A stretch of DNA of 64,000 bases from Tubiluchus corallicola (taxonomy: Eukaryota; Animalia; Priapulida). Positions 1 to 13,000 of this stretch are shown here, one piece after another. Each line of letters starts with the position of its first letter. Position 1 is the stretch's first letter. The stretch is taken from positions 62,001 to 126,000 of the forward strand of contig JAQGDQ010000176.1 in NCBI GenBank assembly GCA_030141605.1, in the 5' to 3' direction. The position numbers and the translations under genes were made by a program. The notes beneath the pieces are model-generated. The model had not been told where the DNA came from, did no database searches, and saw only the letters and a list, made by a program, of their open reading frames with translations.

Positions 1-366
1 TATAACTGGGGAATTTACTCTGCAAATATTAACACCCTGCAAATGGGACTTCAGGGCTCAGTGACTGGGCCCACTCAACGTGCATGGCTGTGAGACTTGT
101 GACTGACGAATTGTCAAGGCTAGTCAGAAGCGTGTTAACCATGTTTGTATGTGAATACAATTCTCCTTCAAAAGAAGAAACTGTCAAAATCAGTATGGCA
201 AATCAAATCAACCAGAAAGAGTCTTGAACTCATCATTTTATTTACGATTATGTTGCACACAATTTTTATGTGAAAATAAGGGCTGCCATTAAACTTACTG
301 CTAGACGATTTTATAAGATGTGTTCAATTTGCTTAAATAATGATACTATTTTGCCAACTGTTCCAG

Positions 367-3127
367 TATTTAAAATTAGTCAGAGCAATGGATGGATATG
401 GCGAGATTTCATTTCCACATTGTGCCTGTGATTCTCGTAAGGAGGGACATGTCATTGCCACGTTCAGCATTGAAAACTTTAAGCTAGCAGCATGTAAAGA
501 AGATGGAACCCCAGAGGTAGGATATCATTACTAAAAATTAGGAAGTTACAAACAGTTTGTGTTGCATATAAGCTAAGAGAATCGCATGTAACATTAACGA
601 ATTACCTGTCTTAGAAAACATTTATCACTTGCTAGTTGCAAAAATGGTGTATCGGTATTGGCGTATGTGCGTGGTTGTATTGGCCCAATAGATGGTAGAG
701 CCTACCATTTAATTTGTAATCAGGCAGGTTCTGGGTTCAAATTCTGGTTGTCCAGCACTTTTCAGTGCCTTTTCCTTCAATTATTAGGTTAATTGTCGTG
801 AGCGTGGTGTCATTTTAATGTGTATTCTGGATACCCTACAGAAGGTGCAGAGGCTTAGAAGTCAGCTTCTAAGGTGGCTCTATTTAACTGCATGCTAGTA
901 GGCAAGAATTCAGACCAACTCTGCTATGTTGGATCAGTAAGCGAAATGGTAGAGAACTTGCATGTAAGCAGTAGATTCTGGGTTCGAACACTGGTTATCC
1001 AATGATTTTTAGTGCTTTTTTCTTTAATTTATTGTTGTAAGCTTCATGTATTTGTGAATGTGCATATCCAAAATAACATATAGTGACTGAGAAATTGAAA
1101 ATTTGAAACTAACTCTTTAAACATTTAATTGCTGTTTTAGTCACAAGTGATTGAATTTTCTTGGGAGGACATTACTGAACACGACTGCGATGAAGAGGGC
1201 ATGTTCTTCTCTTTCAAGTATGAAAGACCGAACAAAAAGCCTCGATGGGTGAAACTTCACTCCCATTTTGTGAGTTTTCCTATTTTTTACTGGTTTGTTA
1301 TATTTTTAAATACTACTTAGTACTTGTACACTTTTACTCAGCCATCATTTTTCATGATGCATGCATTGTGTTTTAATATTTTGCAATTTAAGAATTGCAT
1401 TTATGCCAATAATAGTATTTGGTAATAATATTTTGGAATAAAAGCTACATTACCAAGCAAAAACAGATAATTAGTTTGAAGCTAGAGTAGCATATAAAAT
1501 CTTCTGAAACGCATTTATTTTATTCCAAAAATATTATTCATGAAATAAATATAATATGTTGATGAATTTGTCAAAACATCAGAATGATAAAATAAACTGT
1601 TCTAGTTTAATATTTGTGTTAGTCTCCCAGAATTTTTGCCAAATATACCATGAAAGGTAACTCCACACATTATTTATTACAGAAATTATACCTCATTAAA
1701 AATTCTAAAAATGTAGCCTTTAACTGATGCAAGCGCATTCAGATAAAAAAGTCAGTAACTCATTCTCAGTTCTTCTGACTTTAAATTGACATTTCAGTTT
1801 TCACCCTTCATATTAGTGTTGTAGTGCTTGAGTCTTTTGGACTCAACTTGGATTCGTGTGTCACTGAATCGACACTTGACTCGGATTTATTTATAAATGA
1901 CTCGAGACTTAGGAGCTCGACTTGGACTTGACTACAACACTGTTATATATTATTATAATGGCACAATTTACTTTATTATATTTTTACAACATTAACATGT
2001 CTTGATGTTAGGATATGTAAATATTCAGGTATTTTATGTCACTGTGGCAGTAACTGTTTGTGTGGCAGAAATAAGATGTTTCTTACACTGATACTTGATT
2101 AACAATGAAGTGATATAGTTAAGCTATTACGAAATAAATTTTATTGCCAAAAGGTTTAATTAACATTCATACCTATGCATTTTTGGGTAAACAAAAACAT
2201 CTTATAATTCAAGCAACAACAAAATCTACAGTAGTATAAAAATTATAAAAATGGGGTAAACTCTTTAGTGCTCTATAAAAATGGGGTAAACCTGCTCTGT
2301 TAGCCTCGATCAAGTGAAATAAACTGTTGCTGGTGACAAAGGTTTATTTCAGTAAGACATGGACACATCCTTTCTTCCGCAATAGGATAGTGATCCCCGA
2401 TTTATTGTACATTCAGCAACTTAAGAAACCTAGAAGAGCTTATACATGTGGAGAACTGAAGTGATTTGTTTTTTTCTAGTTTATGTACATGTACGATTGT
2501 TGTGAACGAATACTTCAAGAGCTTGAGTGGGAAAAGAGTGTAAGTACTTTTGTGTCATGTTTAAAAGTACTTTAAAGGCAACATGAAATCATTTTTAATG
2601 ACAAAATTTGGAACAATCATAAAACTTCTCAATAAACCATTGAAAAAATGTATGATGTTTCAGTTGATGTAAATTGGAAAAGAGAATGCATAACAAACTT
2701 GAAAAATATAATTTTTTTTGGATTTTTAAAACTAAAAAAAGCAAAACAAAATCACAAGAAACATAATCACAAACATCAGCAATAAGAAACCTTTAATCAG
2801 TTGTCTGTTATTCATGTCTTTCTGTGGAAAATAACCGGTGTTCTTACTGCTGTGTTACAAGTAATATTTTGTGCTTGTTTCAATGTTTTTGTTTGTGCTG
2901 AAATGTCACATTTCTCAGTTTCTTCATTGTGAATTTTTTTTTATTAATGCACTGAAGGTATATTAGCTTTTGTTAATTCATTAGTAATCTTTAGTCAATG
3001 GCAACATCACTATTTGCAAAAGTGGTGGTAATAGTATATCATGAATACCATTGTAAAAGTAGGATGTCAAATCCTTTGAAAAAAATTTGTTGATGACTCT
3101 GTATTGTCTTTTCAGATGATATCATGA
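367..3127 (+). CDS. SNX27: Sorting nexin-27 orthologue, 3' coding exons (C-terminal FERM-like F3 lobe); 5' part lies upstream of the window
   Basis: Exons 367-516, 1141-1269, 2480-2539, 3116-3127, all with AG/GT borders and phase 0. Translation [50 protein letters not shown]|[43 protein letters not shown]|[20 protein letters not shown]|MIS* matches the SNX27 motifs [14 protein letters not shown] and KKPRWVK. The last micro-exon is less certain. Confidence 0.92.
681..1035 (+). repeat. Two diverged tRNA-derived (SINE-head-like) units in an SNX27 intron
   Basis: Units at about 681-790 and 930-1035. Each has an A-box-like ATGGTAGAG, then TGTAA, TTCTGGGTTC(A/G)AA (B-box-like), CTGGTT(G/A)TCCA and a shared T-rich tail (TTT-AGTGC-TTTT-CTT-AA). 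The cloverleaf is degenerate. Confidence 0.55.
1814..1942. mobile_element. Short MITE (hAT-like terminal inverted repeats)
   Basis: TAGTGTTGTAGT at 1814 and ACTACAACACTG ending at 1942, with internal GACTC/GACTTG subrepeats; no coding capacity. Confidence 0.6.
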
Positions 3128-4654
3128 AGCATCTGCATCAGCTATATTACCTTTGTTATAGAAACTGTCAGCTGTTGTCTTTTGACTGTTGTTGAACAAA
3201 CTACTGCGATTTGAAAATGTAAATACCTCCCTATGACCCATTTGTTCAGCTTGTTGTTTATTGCTCCTTTCTTTTTATTAAATTATACATAATTCAGAAG
3301 CATTATAATGTGCTAAGTAGCTGTTGCCCAAAATTGTATGTAGAAGTATCATCGTCATCGTTTGCCCATTACGTCTATTGTAAACACTGGGCAAGCAGAA
3401 TTCTAAAATGAAAAAACACAGTGCCATTTGAGCAAAAAGCGAAACAATGCTATGCAAGTGACTTGTCAGCACCACTTCTGAACTAATGTGGAAATTTTAA
3501 TTTGGGAACCAGCCACGTGTCTGCACAAGTACTGTACTAAACTATATATCTGACTGAAACTCTCCATATAATTTGGAAGTAGTTCTTGGACACGATCTGT
3601 TAATAGTAGTTAAGCCCAAATATTGCTAGCATTTTTCAGGGAAGTGTGACACTTTTTCTTCAACATCATACTAAAGTGTTTTTTCATTTGTTTTTAGTCT
3701 GGCTTTGCAAAATAAAGTAAGTTGCTTATTACGCTTACTTGTCAGCTGCTAGGCATGTTCCCGTGAACATTGATTTCACATTTATTCTATTCAGCTACAC
3801 TATGTATTTTGTGTTAATGACTATAGTCCGTCTTCCAAATGCCTAACCAATGTTAGTTATATTATGTTCCATTTAAAACATTTGTCCCCTGTTATCTGAT
3901 CTGCTGTGACTGTTTGTGATATGGAACTAACCACATTTTCACGAACCTTCATGTGAAAAGTTAGGAGCACACTTCTTCACTAACGCGCAGTGCACATTAC
4001 AATTTTCTCCAACAAATTTTAAGTTAGTGACAACAAAGAAAATGTAGCTATGGTATTATTATATTTAGATTCTACACTAGAGCTGTACAATTATTTTAGT
4101 TCTTTGCTGTTATGTAAATTTTACATGTTAATATTCTTTGTTAGATATGTACTTCATATTATGTTTATACAAAAAGCTTACCTTTCCATTTTGTGATCGA
4201 CTGTACTTTACATTGCAATAGAGCATTTTAAGTATTGGTGTTGTACAAATTTACGCACGTAAATTAAATATTTGCCAGTATAAAAAAATTGTACTATATT
4301 TAGCAAGTTACTTTTTAATATTAGTAATATCTATACAGTATAATTCAATGTTTATAGATGTTTCACAGTATTGTTTTCACCATATATATAACTATATATA
4401 CTTCTGAGCATGCCATCATAAATTAAACATTCTCGACTCCGAAATATGCTTTTAAAACATACGTACATTGTAGCTAACATTTGACCAAAACTTCTGTAAA
4501 CAGTAATTATTTTTAAGTTCAAGAAGAATGATTATTAACATTTAATAGCTATTTGACAACATGTGCCGTCCTTGGGTAAATTGACAAATCACGTTATAGG
4601 ACATATCTGGTCACTGCACAAGTAAGTAAGGTGAAGCTGTTCCTAAGTTGCAAA

Positions 4655-5367
4655 TATACGAGTAAAAATGTAGTGCAATTTTTTGCAATTTCATTTCTCG
4701 TTTACTCTAGAAAAGCATAGCTGGTAACCAAATTCTGCATAATGCATACTGCTTTCTTTATATTTTGCAAATAGGTAATATACGAGTTGTTTCAATGCAG
4801 GAGAGAAATTTGCTAAAACTTCACTTCAAAGCTGGGTGTTGTGTATTCTGGTAAACTATGGACCAGTTTTCGCATATTTTGAATTTTTTCCCATAATTTA
4901 TATTATTATTCACAGCTAGCAATTAATTATTATAAGCAAAGCTGTTGCGGGATTTGTGGAGTTTGAAGTAAAATGGTATAAAGTTTGTGTTTAGCACATT
5001 TCCAAAAAATATACAAACACTTTTAAAAAGTGGGCATTTTTGCATAGTCATTAGAGAAATCCATATTTTTTAATGCATAGCTTCTAAATGTTAAATATTA
5101 ATTTTTGTATATCAGTTATAAAACTTGAATGAATAATTGTGCAATAAGAAAACTAAAGTGTTTTCACGTCTTAATGAAATGATTAAATGGATATCATAAA
5201 AGAAAAAAATTTAGGGATGTGACTAAATTTAAAACTCAGTGTTGTTCGCAGCCTTCAAGTATAACGGAATAATTAAATGAAAATATTTTATATAAAGTGT
5301 TGTTGTATGTACTGTTAATGATTGAATACTAATAAATTAAGATTTATTGTTTTCTTGGCGAACATTC
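4655..5367 (+). repeat. Dispersed non-coding repeat, copy 1 (copy 2 at about 18704-19228)
   Basis: Colinear shared blocks TTCTCGTTTACT, TATGGACCAGTTTTC, ATAAAACTTGAATGAATAA, TGACTAAATTTAAAA, AATTAAATGAAAATATTTTA, TTGTTTTCTTG..GAACATT. Confidence 0.75.
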
Positions 5368-5368
5368 A

Positions 5369-5908
5369 ATGTTATTGATTTGGCTGTGTCATAATGTAGT
5401 TATAGGCAATATCTCTGGTTTGTTGTATGGGATAATATAACTGTTAATGTTGCTGCAATTTTATGGCGTGGCCTTAAAACTGGGAATTAAATTCGGTTTA
5501 GCATTTGGTAAATATCACGAGTTCTTTGTCTTGTCAAATGTTGAATTTGCTTTTACTGTACACTATATCTGCTGTGTATATTGTTATGATTATTACTCTG
5601 TGTATAGTATTACAGTTGCACATCCAACAAATGTTAGGATGTTATTGATTTGGCTGTGTCATAATGTAGTTATAGGCAATATCTCTGGTTGGTTGTATGG
5701 GATAATATAACTGTTAATGTTGCTGCAATTTTATGGCGTGGCCTTAAAACTGGGAATTAAATTCTGTTTAGCATTTGGTAAATATCACGAGTTCTTTGTC
5801 TTGTCAAATGTTGAATTTGCTTTTACTGTACACTATATCTGCTGTGTATATTGTTATGATTATTACTCTATGTATAGTATTACAGTTGCACATCCAACAA
5901 ATGTTAGG
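5369..5908 (+). repeat. 270-bp tandem duplication (2 copies)
   Basis: 5369-5638 and 5639-5908 are identical except for three substitutions seen by eye; explains the twin ORFs at 5447 and 5717. Confidence 0.95.
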
Positions 5909-6982
5909 TCTTGACCAATCAATAATAAAGTTGTAATTTATTATGAAATTTTGTTTGTACAGTCCATTTGTATGTGTTTCAAAAATAATAATGTTAAAGG
6001 TATCGTGTAGAAGGTATTTCATTAAGACAGTAACACAAGTAAAACATGTAGAGGAGATTGGAGGGGCAAAAACTGATCATTTATGCTTAAGCCCTTTCCA
6101 CTCTGTAAGCATAGCAATGCCCAATAAAATGCTTGCATTTTGTTTTGTGGCTTTTTTACGGTACTGTTATTAACATCTCCCCTATTACTGCATTTCAAGT
6201 TTCAGTTTCAAACCAAATCAAAATGTTAAAAAAATCTGTTAAATTTATTTCAAACATACACGTGCTTAATAATTGGTTGAAACGTTTTATGCAATGAAAT
6301 CTTAAGGAAAAGATTAACTGAACTCCAGACTATTTTAAAAATCATGTTAAGCAGTTTCAAAAGCACAAAAATGCAGGTGTAAAGAACAAATTAGTTCAAG
6401 ACGGTGTTGAAATTACGAAGCAACTTCATAGTCGTTAAATCTAGTGCTGAGCAAGCTATAGCCAGGTAAGTATAGTACTAGAGTTGAAGGTACAGCCATT
6501 AATAATCAACAATGCACATACAAGCTGTGTTCCAGTTCACTTCCTTCATATGGGAGATGCACAGACAAAACATGTTTTTATTATTAACGAACAAAATGTG
6601 TTAATTAACAAACAGAACAGGTAAAATAAATTGATAAGTAATAATCACTCATACATTAATAAAATATTAAGTGAATAAAAGCAAATTTCAGCTGCATCTA
6701 TCTTATATCAGAGAATAATAATGGCAATAAGTATGTGGTCTTCAAAACAGAAAGTGAATTATAGAAGAGTTATCTGTATACAAATCTATAAAAAAAAAAG
6801 TCAAAACAGAATAGCATAACATACGTATACCAAATTAATGTGTGCAAACGGTCATGGCCATTGAAATGGCGAAGGTGAGTGCTGCCTAAAAATAAACACA
6901 GATACTGGGATTTAGTGATGATACGGTGACAATTTCCAAGCTCTAGCTGTGTCAGTGAAAGAAGGAAATAGTAGAACCGAAT

Positions 6983-7077
6983 ACTACAATACCCGCATGG
7001 CAGAGATCGAGGCTTGTAGTTTGGCACTTGTAGTTTTCCGTATAATTAGAAGCTCGAGCGTTGTGGAGTCACGTGAT
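6983..7077 (+). promoter_or_regulatory. Putative TCERG1 proximal promoter: ACTACAA (ZNF143/THAP11-type) motifs and a USF/TFE-type E-box
   Basis: ACTACAATACCCGCATG at 6983; reverse-strand ACTACAA at 7014-7020 and 7028-7034; GTCACGTGAT at 7068-7077. Local CpG enrichment just upstream of the ATG at 7096. Confidence 0.55.
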
Positions 7078-7095
7078 CTTCCTCTGAAAAGCAAA

Positions 7096-10000
7096 ATGGA
7101 CGACAATGAAATTGAACATGATTTGCCTGAACAAAATGGTTTACCAGATAGTTCTGAACGTGAGCCGGAGCACAAAGGCGAATGGCCTGACATGCACGAA
7201 GATCAAGGGCAACCACCTTGGGAGAGAGGCTTTCATCCTCCAAGAGGTGGTTGGGGCCCACCTGGACCTGGTGTTCCTGGCCCGAGGGGACGAGGATTTG
7301 GACCTGGACCAGGGCCTGGCCCGAGAGGACCTAGGTGAGTTTGCTTACTTTAGAAATAATATTAATAACTATATAATAGTATTAACAGATACCCGGTAAT
7401 GCTGTAAAGGTTCATAGCACTGGGATTGCGGTTGTTAAAAATGCTATTGTTAATGTAGGCTAACTAAGTAACTAACTTAGCTCATTTTTATTGATGTACA
7501 TACCTATAGTATATAATATATATTAAATATATATAATAAATATCCTACTATCTATCCAATGGTAAAAAAGCATTATACCGTACAAATAATACCTAGTTGA
7601 AGGCGTTAGTGTGTTTTATGACACCATGATGCCCAAGTGGTTATAAATACCCTGCCTCTGTACCATAAATGCACTGTTATCCAGAAAAAATATCTGAAAC
7701 TCATTTTTTATGAGTGCTAGAAATTCCAAATTATAAAAATTATTATGAATGAGATTAAACCCACACAGACACAAATGTATGCAATTGTCACTTAGAGTTA
7801 ATAGACATGTAATGGCACTTCTTCCTACAGCAAAAAGTGTAAATAGCTTTATACATTTTATAACAACTGATTTGACTATCCCATTGCCTACAATGAATGT
7901 ACTTATTGATTGATCATGTGGCACTTTTGGGCAAATTGCAGAATTTGTTCAATTTCCAATAGGCATTAGATAATACGTTATAGCAAATTCATTTTCCGCC
8001 ATGTGACATTGTCCTGACAAATTGCAGAATTTGTTAGGAAACTGGTGTACATAATTAAAGGTATAAAAAGGTGGAAAACAAATGATTTTTCAGTTCAGTT
8101 CAATTCAAACCATATTTATAGGCAGCTTTTTTCTTACTCTCTACATTAAGTACATTTTGTAGAGGTCCACCACCATTCAATAGAGGACCACCACCAAGAT
8201 TCCGAGGGCCACCACCTCATGGTATGCGAGGTCCACCTCCTGGCATGCGTGGACCTCCACCTGGACCACCACACATGCGTATGAGAGGACCACCTCCACC
8301 TGGGTGAGTTAATTTACTAAATTCGTTATGTACTATTTTATTTTACGTGCTAACTGCATAGATTTACAGTCTGATTGGTATGGTTATGTATATGAATTCT
8401 TTCTTAGTTGCTTTGATTGAATAACCAGAGAAAACTTATATATTCTGTTTTTGTCAAATTCGTTCAACTTAGAATGTAGTAAATGTGCAAGTAAAAAAAG
8501 ATATATAAAAGGCAGTACTTACTCTGCAAAGACTTGATATTCTATCATATTATCAAGATAGAGTGCTCAAACATACGAAGTTATTTTGGCCTCAAAATTG
8601 TCTTGATTTTATAATCAAAAATTTCATTTTTCACACTATTTAGAAATTGCAGACAGTTGTACAAATGTACATAGCTGTGAAAGTGATGGCAAAATAAGCG
8701 TATACGTTGATTAACAATGGACTTGGCATTTGTAGTACAAACTAAAAATCACATTTACAGCTTTAGTAGTATTTGTAGCTTGATAGCAGACTGAACTATT
8801 TTTGTTTTTTTATAGTTAATATTGTATGTGCTTAATGCAGCTATTCTCTTATAATATAGTAAATTTATGTGTAGTTTACTAACTACCCAAACATTACAAT
8901 TAAACTTGTGTAATAACTATGTATACATGTATGTGACAATGCAACTTCTAAAAGTGAAAGTAATGATGAAAAGTTTGAACGTTCCTCCATCAATCCTGAG
9001 TTCTTATTACTATTTTAGTTATCGTGGACCCCCTGGTGGGCCACCACCTTTTGATCCAAATTACATGCAACACGGAATGGGACCACCAGGGATGCCTCCT
9101 CCTGGTATGCCTCCTCCAGGAATGGTGCGTGATTTACAATAATCTCGTTTGGATAGATGCTAAAGTAACTTAATTGATAAAGAATTAAGAATAAAGATTT
9201 AAAGATTAAGAATAAACATGACTTTTCACATACAGATCTATCCATATGGAACTTGCAGTATTTTATGATCATCAAGCCTAGTATTAAAGCCCTACTGAGA
9301 GCGTATGGTAACAAGCATTGTTGTCATTTGCTGCTCCCCACAAGTAGTTTATTTTGAGAAAGAAAGGGAAATTGGGAAATTCCTTTTGTCAATATTCACC
9401 TTTCGTGTAATCAACAGAAATATTATGAACCTGAGGGCATGTCCAAAAGTAAGTTCTTGACATATATAGAAATTTTCAGTTAAAAGCTGAGTATAATCAA
9501 TAAAAAGGTTGCTTGTAATTTTACAATTTTACTGGATTCTGCTAATATTTCAAAATCCACAAGAAACAAATTTTTGTGGGGGAAATTCTGTATTTAGAGT
9601 TATAGAATAAAGACTGTAGAGGCTGCCATTTTTCTCCCAGAGACTGCATGTTATTGCAGAGAATTATAACACATTGTGACAAACTCTCGTTTGCTTGAAA
9701 GCATAACAACAAAAAGAATATGATTTTAAATATGTTTGGCTTCAAACACTTGGACTTTGTTTTCTGTCTAGGTTGTTTAACTTTCATTCTAGTATAGATT
9801 TAATCAAAAACGTTGACTATACTGTCTAATATGTATTCTACTGAGCTAAAGTTGATAATAGCAGCATTATAGCTTTAGGCTTATAATAAGTATTTACTGC
9901 TATCAGTGACTTTCACCAAGGTAGTTCAGCAAGGAGAGAATGGGTGACAAAGATACTGTTTTTATTAGCATAGTTAGCTGCTGAATAATGAGTACACAGT

Positions 10001-13000
10001 TACATAATCTCTTAGTAAATCCATATTTAATGCATAATATTGGACTTACATAATAAAAACTAGACATTTTACTTGTGTGAAGGTGAAAATATAGTTAAGA
10101 ACAATGCCCTATTCCATAGAAAATTAAGACAGCCATATTCTAAATCCATTGTAGACTTGTGTATACATGTTAGTAGTCAATGTGACTATTGTTTTTAGCG
10201 TCCTCCGAACATGCCTCCAATGAACATGCCACCACCTGGATTTTCGTCTAGTGGAGGGGGAGCACCATCAGGACCTACCCCTACTTCAGCATCAAACCAA
10301 GCTTCAAATGGATTAAATCTGGATCTGACCCAGCTGTGGGTTGAGACAAAAAGTCCCGACGGAAAGGTAAATTTTTGTGTGTTATTAAACCTTACATTTT
10401 AGTTTGAAAACTTTTAATGAAATAAATGTGACTTTTTTGTTAAAATTGTATCTTCATATTATTAGATATTGTCATTAATTACAGAATTATTTTGAACACA
10501 TGATAACTTTTTCTTCGGCTAGTTTTAAAAAAAATTGTTGGATGCTGAACAATTCAGCTGTTCGTAAATGTTTTTTATATGTACTACATATATATCTGCG
10601 TGGATGACAGACTACAAGCTAGTATCAAAAACTTAATACAGAGTTTACTTATAAAACTGTGACAGGACCAGAAACTTGTATAATTATTATGGATAACTTC
10701 TGAAATAAGCTGCTGAGCCTAATTGTTTTTTGTGCCAAACTTTTGTACATAACCATTTTTTGCATTGGACAACTGAAATAACTTCATTAGTAGTCCGTTG
10801 AACTACCTACATTCAATTAGGTTCGCTCATTATATCTTGATATGCGATATACAGTGATTATCCAGAGTACCAAAATGTGTACTTTCCCAGTCATTGTGAG
10901 CTTAATTAAGCTCTTACAGTATGCATTTATACATGTGCGTTTTGCATACCTCCGCAAGAGCGAAACTAACTGTATTGTTTACAGGCAGGTAAGGGTTTCT
11001 TGATTTCTGTCTAATAGCAAGTTTGCTGCTCAATGACATTTACTGGTGCAGTAGGCTGCTGTTATCTGCAAGTTTGGAAAATGGGTTTGCCGTTTTAAAA
11101 GTATAAATTTGCTTTGCTGACTTTTATTTTCTAATGGATTCCTATATAGAATGGTTATGCCTTATACTTTAAATTAATGTCGTTTTGGCTATGTTTAGTA
11201 ACTTACCCGTATGTGCACTAATATCTTACAAACGGGAAAAAGTTTAATTGATAGATTTATTTACACTCATCCACCTTCAATAGAACCAATACTGGTCATA
11301 AGAAATGCTTTGATCGGTGAGGTACTTTTGAGAATGACTATTTTCAAGTCATCAACTTATGGATAGTTGTGTCCCTTTGGCATTTTTGTTGTACATGTAC
11401 TATAATAATTCATGCTTGGAACTTGAATGTGAACTAGTTCTTTTTTCTATAGAGGATTTTAGAACTGCAACAGAGTACTTTTCTAATTATTAGTTAGTGG
11501 AACCATGAATTTGGAGCAGGTTTCTTTTTTTACTCAGGAACTTGGATACAAACTAGTTTTTAAAGCTGATACTTTGGTTCATGTAATAATATCTCAATAA
11601 CTATTTAATATGTGCATGCATAATAGGAGAGTAGTCTCCGCCATGTCATAACTCTCAAGACATGCTTGTAATAGTGCGTTCTGAATTATCTATTGAATGT
11701 GTTGTAAACTCTACTACATTGTTCAGACACATCATGTATCTTCAAGGTGGCATCATTGGGATCAAGGAGACCAAGTCGCCACGTCACCGAAAATACACGT
11801 GATTGAATAAAAGGTTTGAAAAGCTGGGTGAAAGGCGTTTTTTACAATGAAACAACGTCGGGCATACTTGCTTTCTCGTCGCCAGCACGTGAGCGGAAGG
11901 ATCACCAAGTTGCTAACCAGCTAGCCAATCAGTGTCGAGATAAATCCCTGAACCCAAATTCGCTAGCCAATCAGCGTTGAAATAAATAGCCTTCTATTTT
12001 GAACTACTTGCACACGGCTGCAATTGGAGCGTAGTGAAGTTAACTACAGAAATCGTTTTAGCCGGACAAAAATACGGCGTTTGTAGTTCTAAATAAATAT
12101 GGACGACTCAATGCCCAGGATGGACTTGTGCCAAATTTAGCAGAAACCTTTAAGTTATTCAAACAAAGGTGTGAGATGTTTTTCACAATAAAAAACATCA
12201 CCGGCAACGAGCAGATAGTCACTCATGTCTTACTCGCCGTTGGTGAAGAAGGACTAAGACGTTACAACTCTTGGGGTTTAAGTGACGACCAGCGGAATGA
12301 TCTGACAACAATATGGAGAAAATTTCAAGAACAGCTGGAACCTACAGAAAATTTCCACATAAGTAGGTTAAAATTAAGACATTATAAGCAAAAAGAAAGC
12401 GAATCATTGGATGACTTTATAAACCAGTGCAAATTGTTGACACTAAAATGCAACTTCGCTAATGAACATGAGATGAGTGAGCATCTTATAGAGCAAATAA
12501 TTGCAAGCACGCCTATACCTGAATATCAGAAAGAACTGTTGAGTAAAGATAACACACTCACGTTGACTGACGCCGTAAAAATAGGCAGAGTTTATGAAGC
12601 TTCAGTAATGAGCATGTTGCAGTTACAAGAACTAGGTGCCGGTGCAGCAGTTTCGACGGCCGTGAGTAGTATTAAGTCATATAAAGTTTGTAGGAACTGT
12701 GGTGGTCACCACACATTTAAACCACGTGACAAATTGTGCCAAGGATGAAGCTTTTACAACGCTTAGCATAAAATTAACAAACCGTCCAGGCATACATAAT
12801 CTCAAGTTGAAATTGGACACTGGCGCACAAGCTAACACATTGCCGATTAGAACATTCCGTCGAATGCATCCTGAGCTATCGGACGCTGAAGGATATCCAA
12901 ATACCAGTATACTGACCAGCAGACCATCAGTAAAACTAACTGCATACAATGGAACAGAAATTCCCTGCTATGGAATCACTAAAATTGCATGCAAATCACA

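Noticed and set aside
5447-5914. Twin ORFs MLLQFYGVALKLGIKF as duplicated small genes
   Set aside because: By-product of the 270-bp tandem duplication; no recognisable domain or splice structure.
6854-6880. ATGGCCATTGAAATGGCGAAG|GTGAGT as an upstream first exon of TCERG1
   Set aside because: Good donor but phase 0, incompatible with exon 2 (phase 2), and upstream of the promoter motifs; unsupported without RNA data.
7230-9124. Gly-Pro repeats as collagen or a CRISPR-like array
   Set aside because: Not strict Gly-X-Y and no repeat-spacer structure; they are spliced low-complexity exons of TCERG1.
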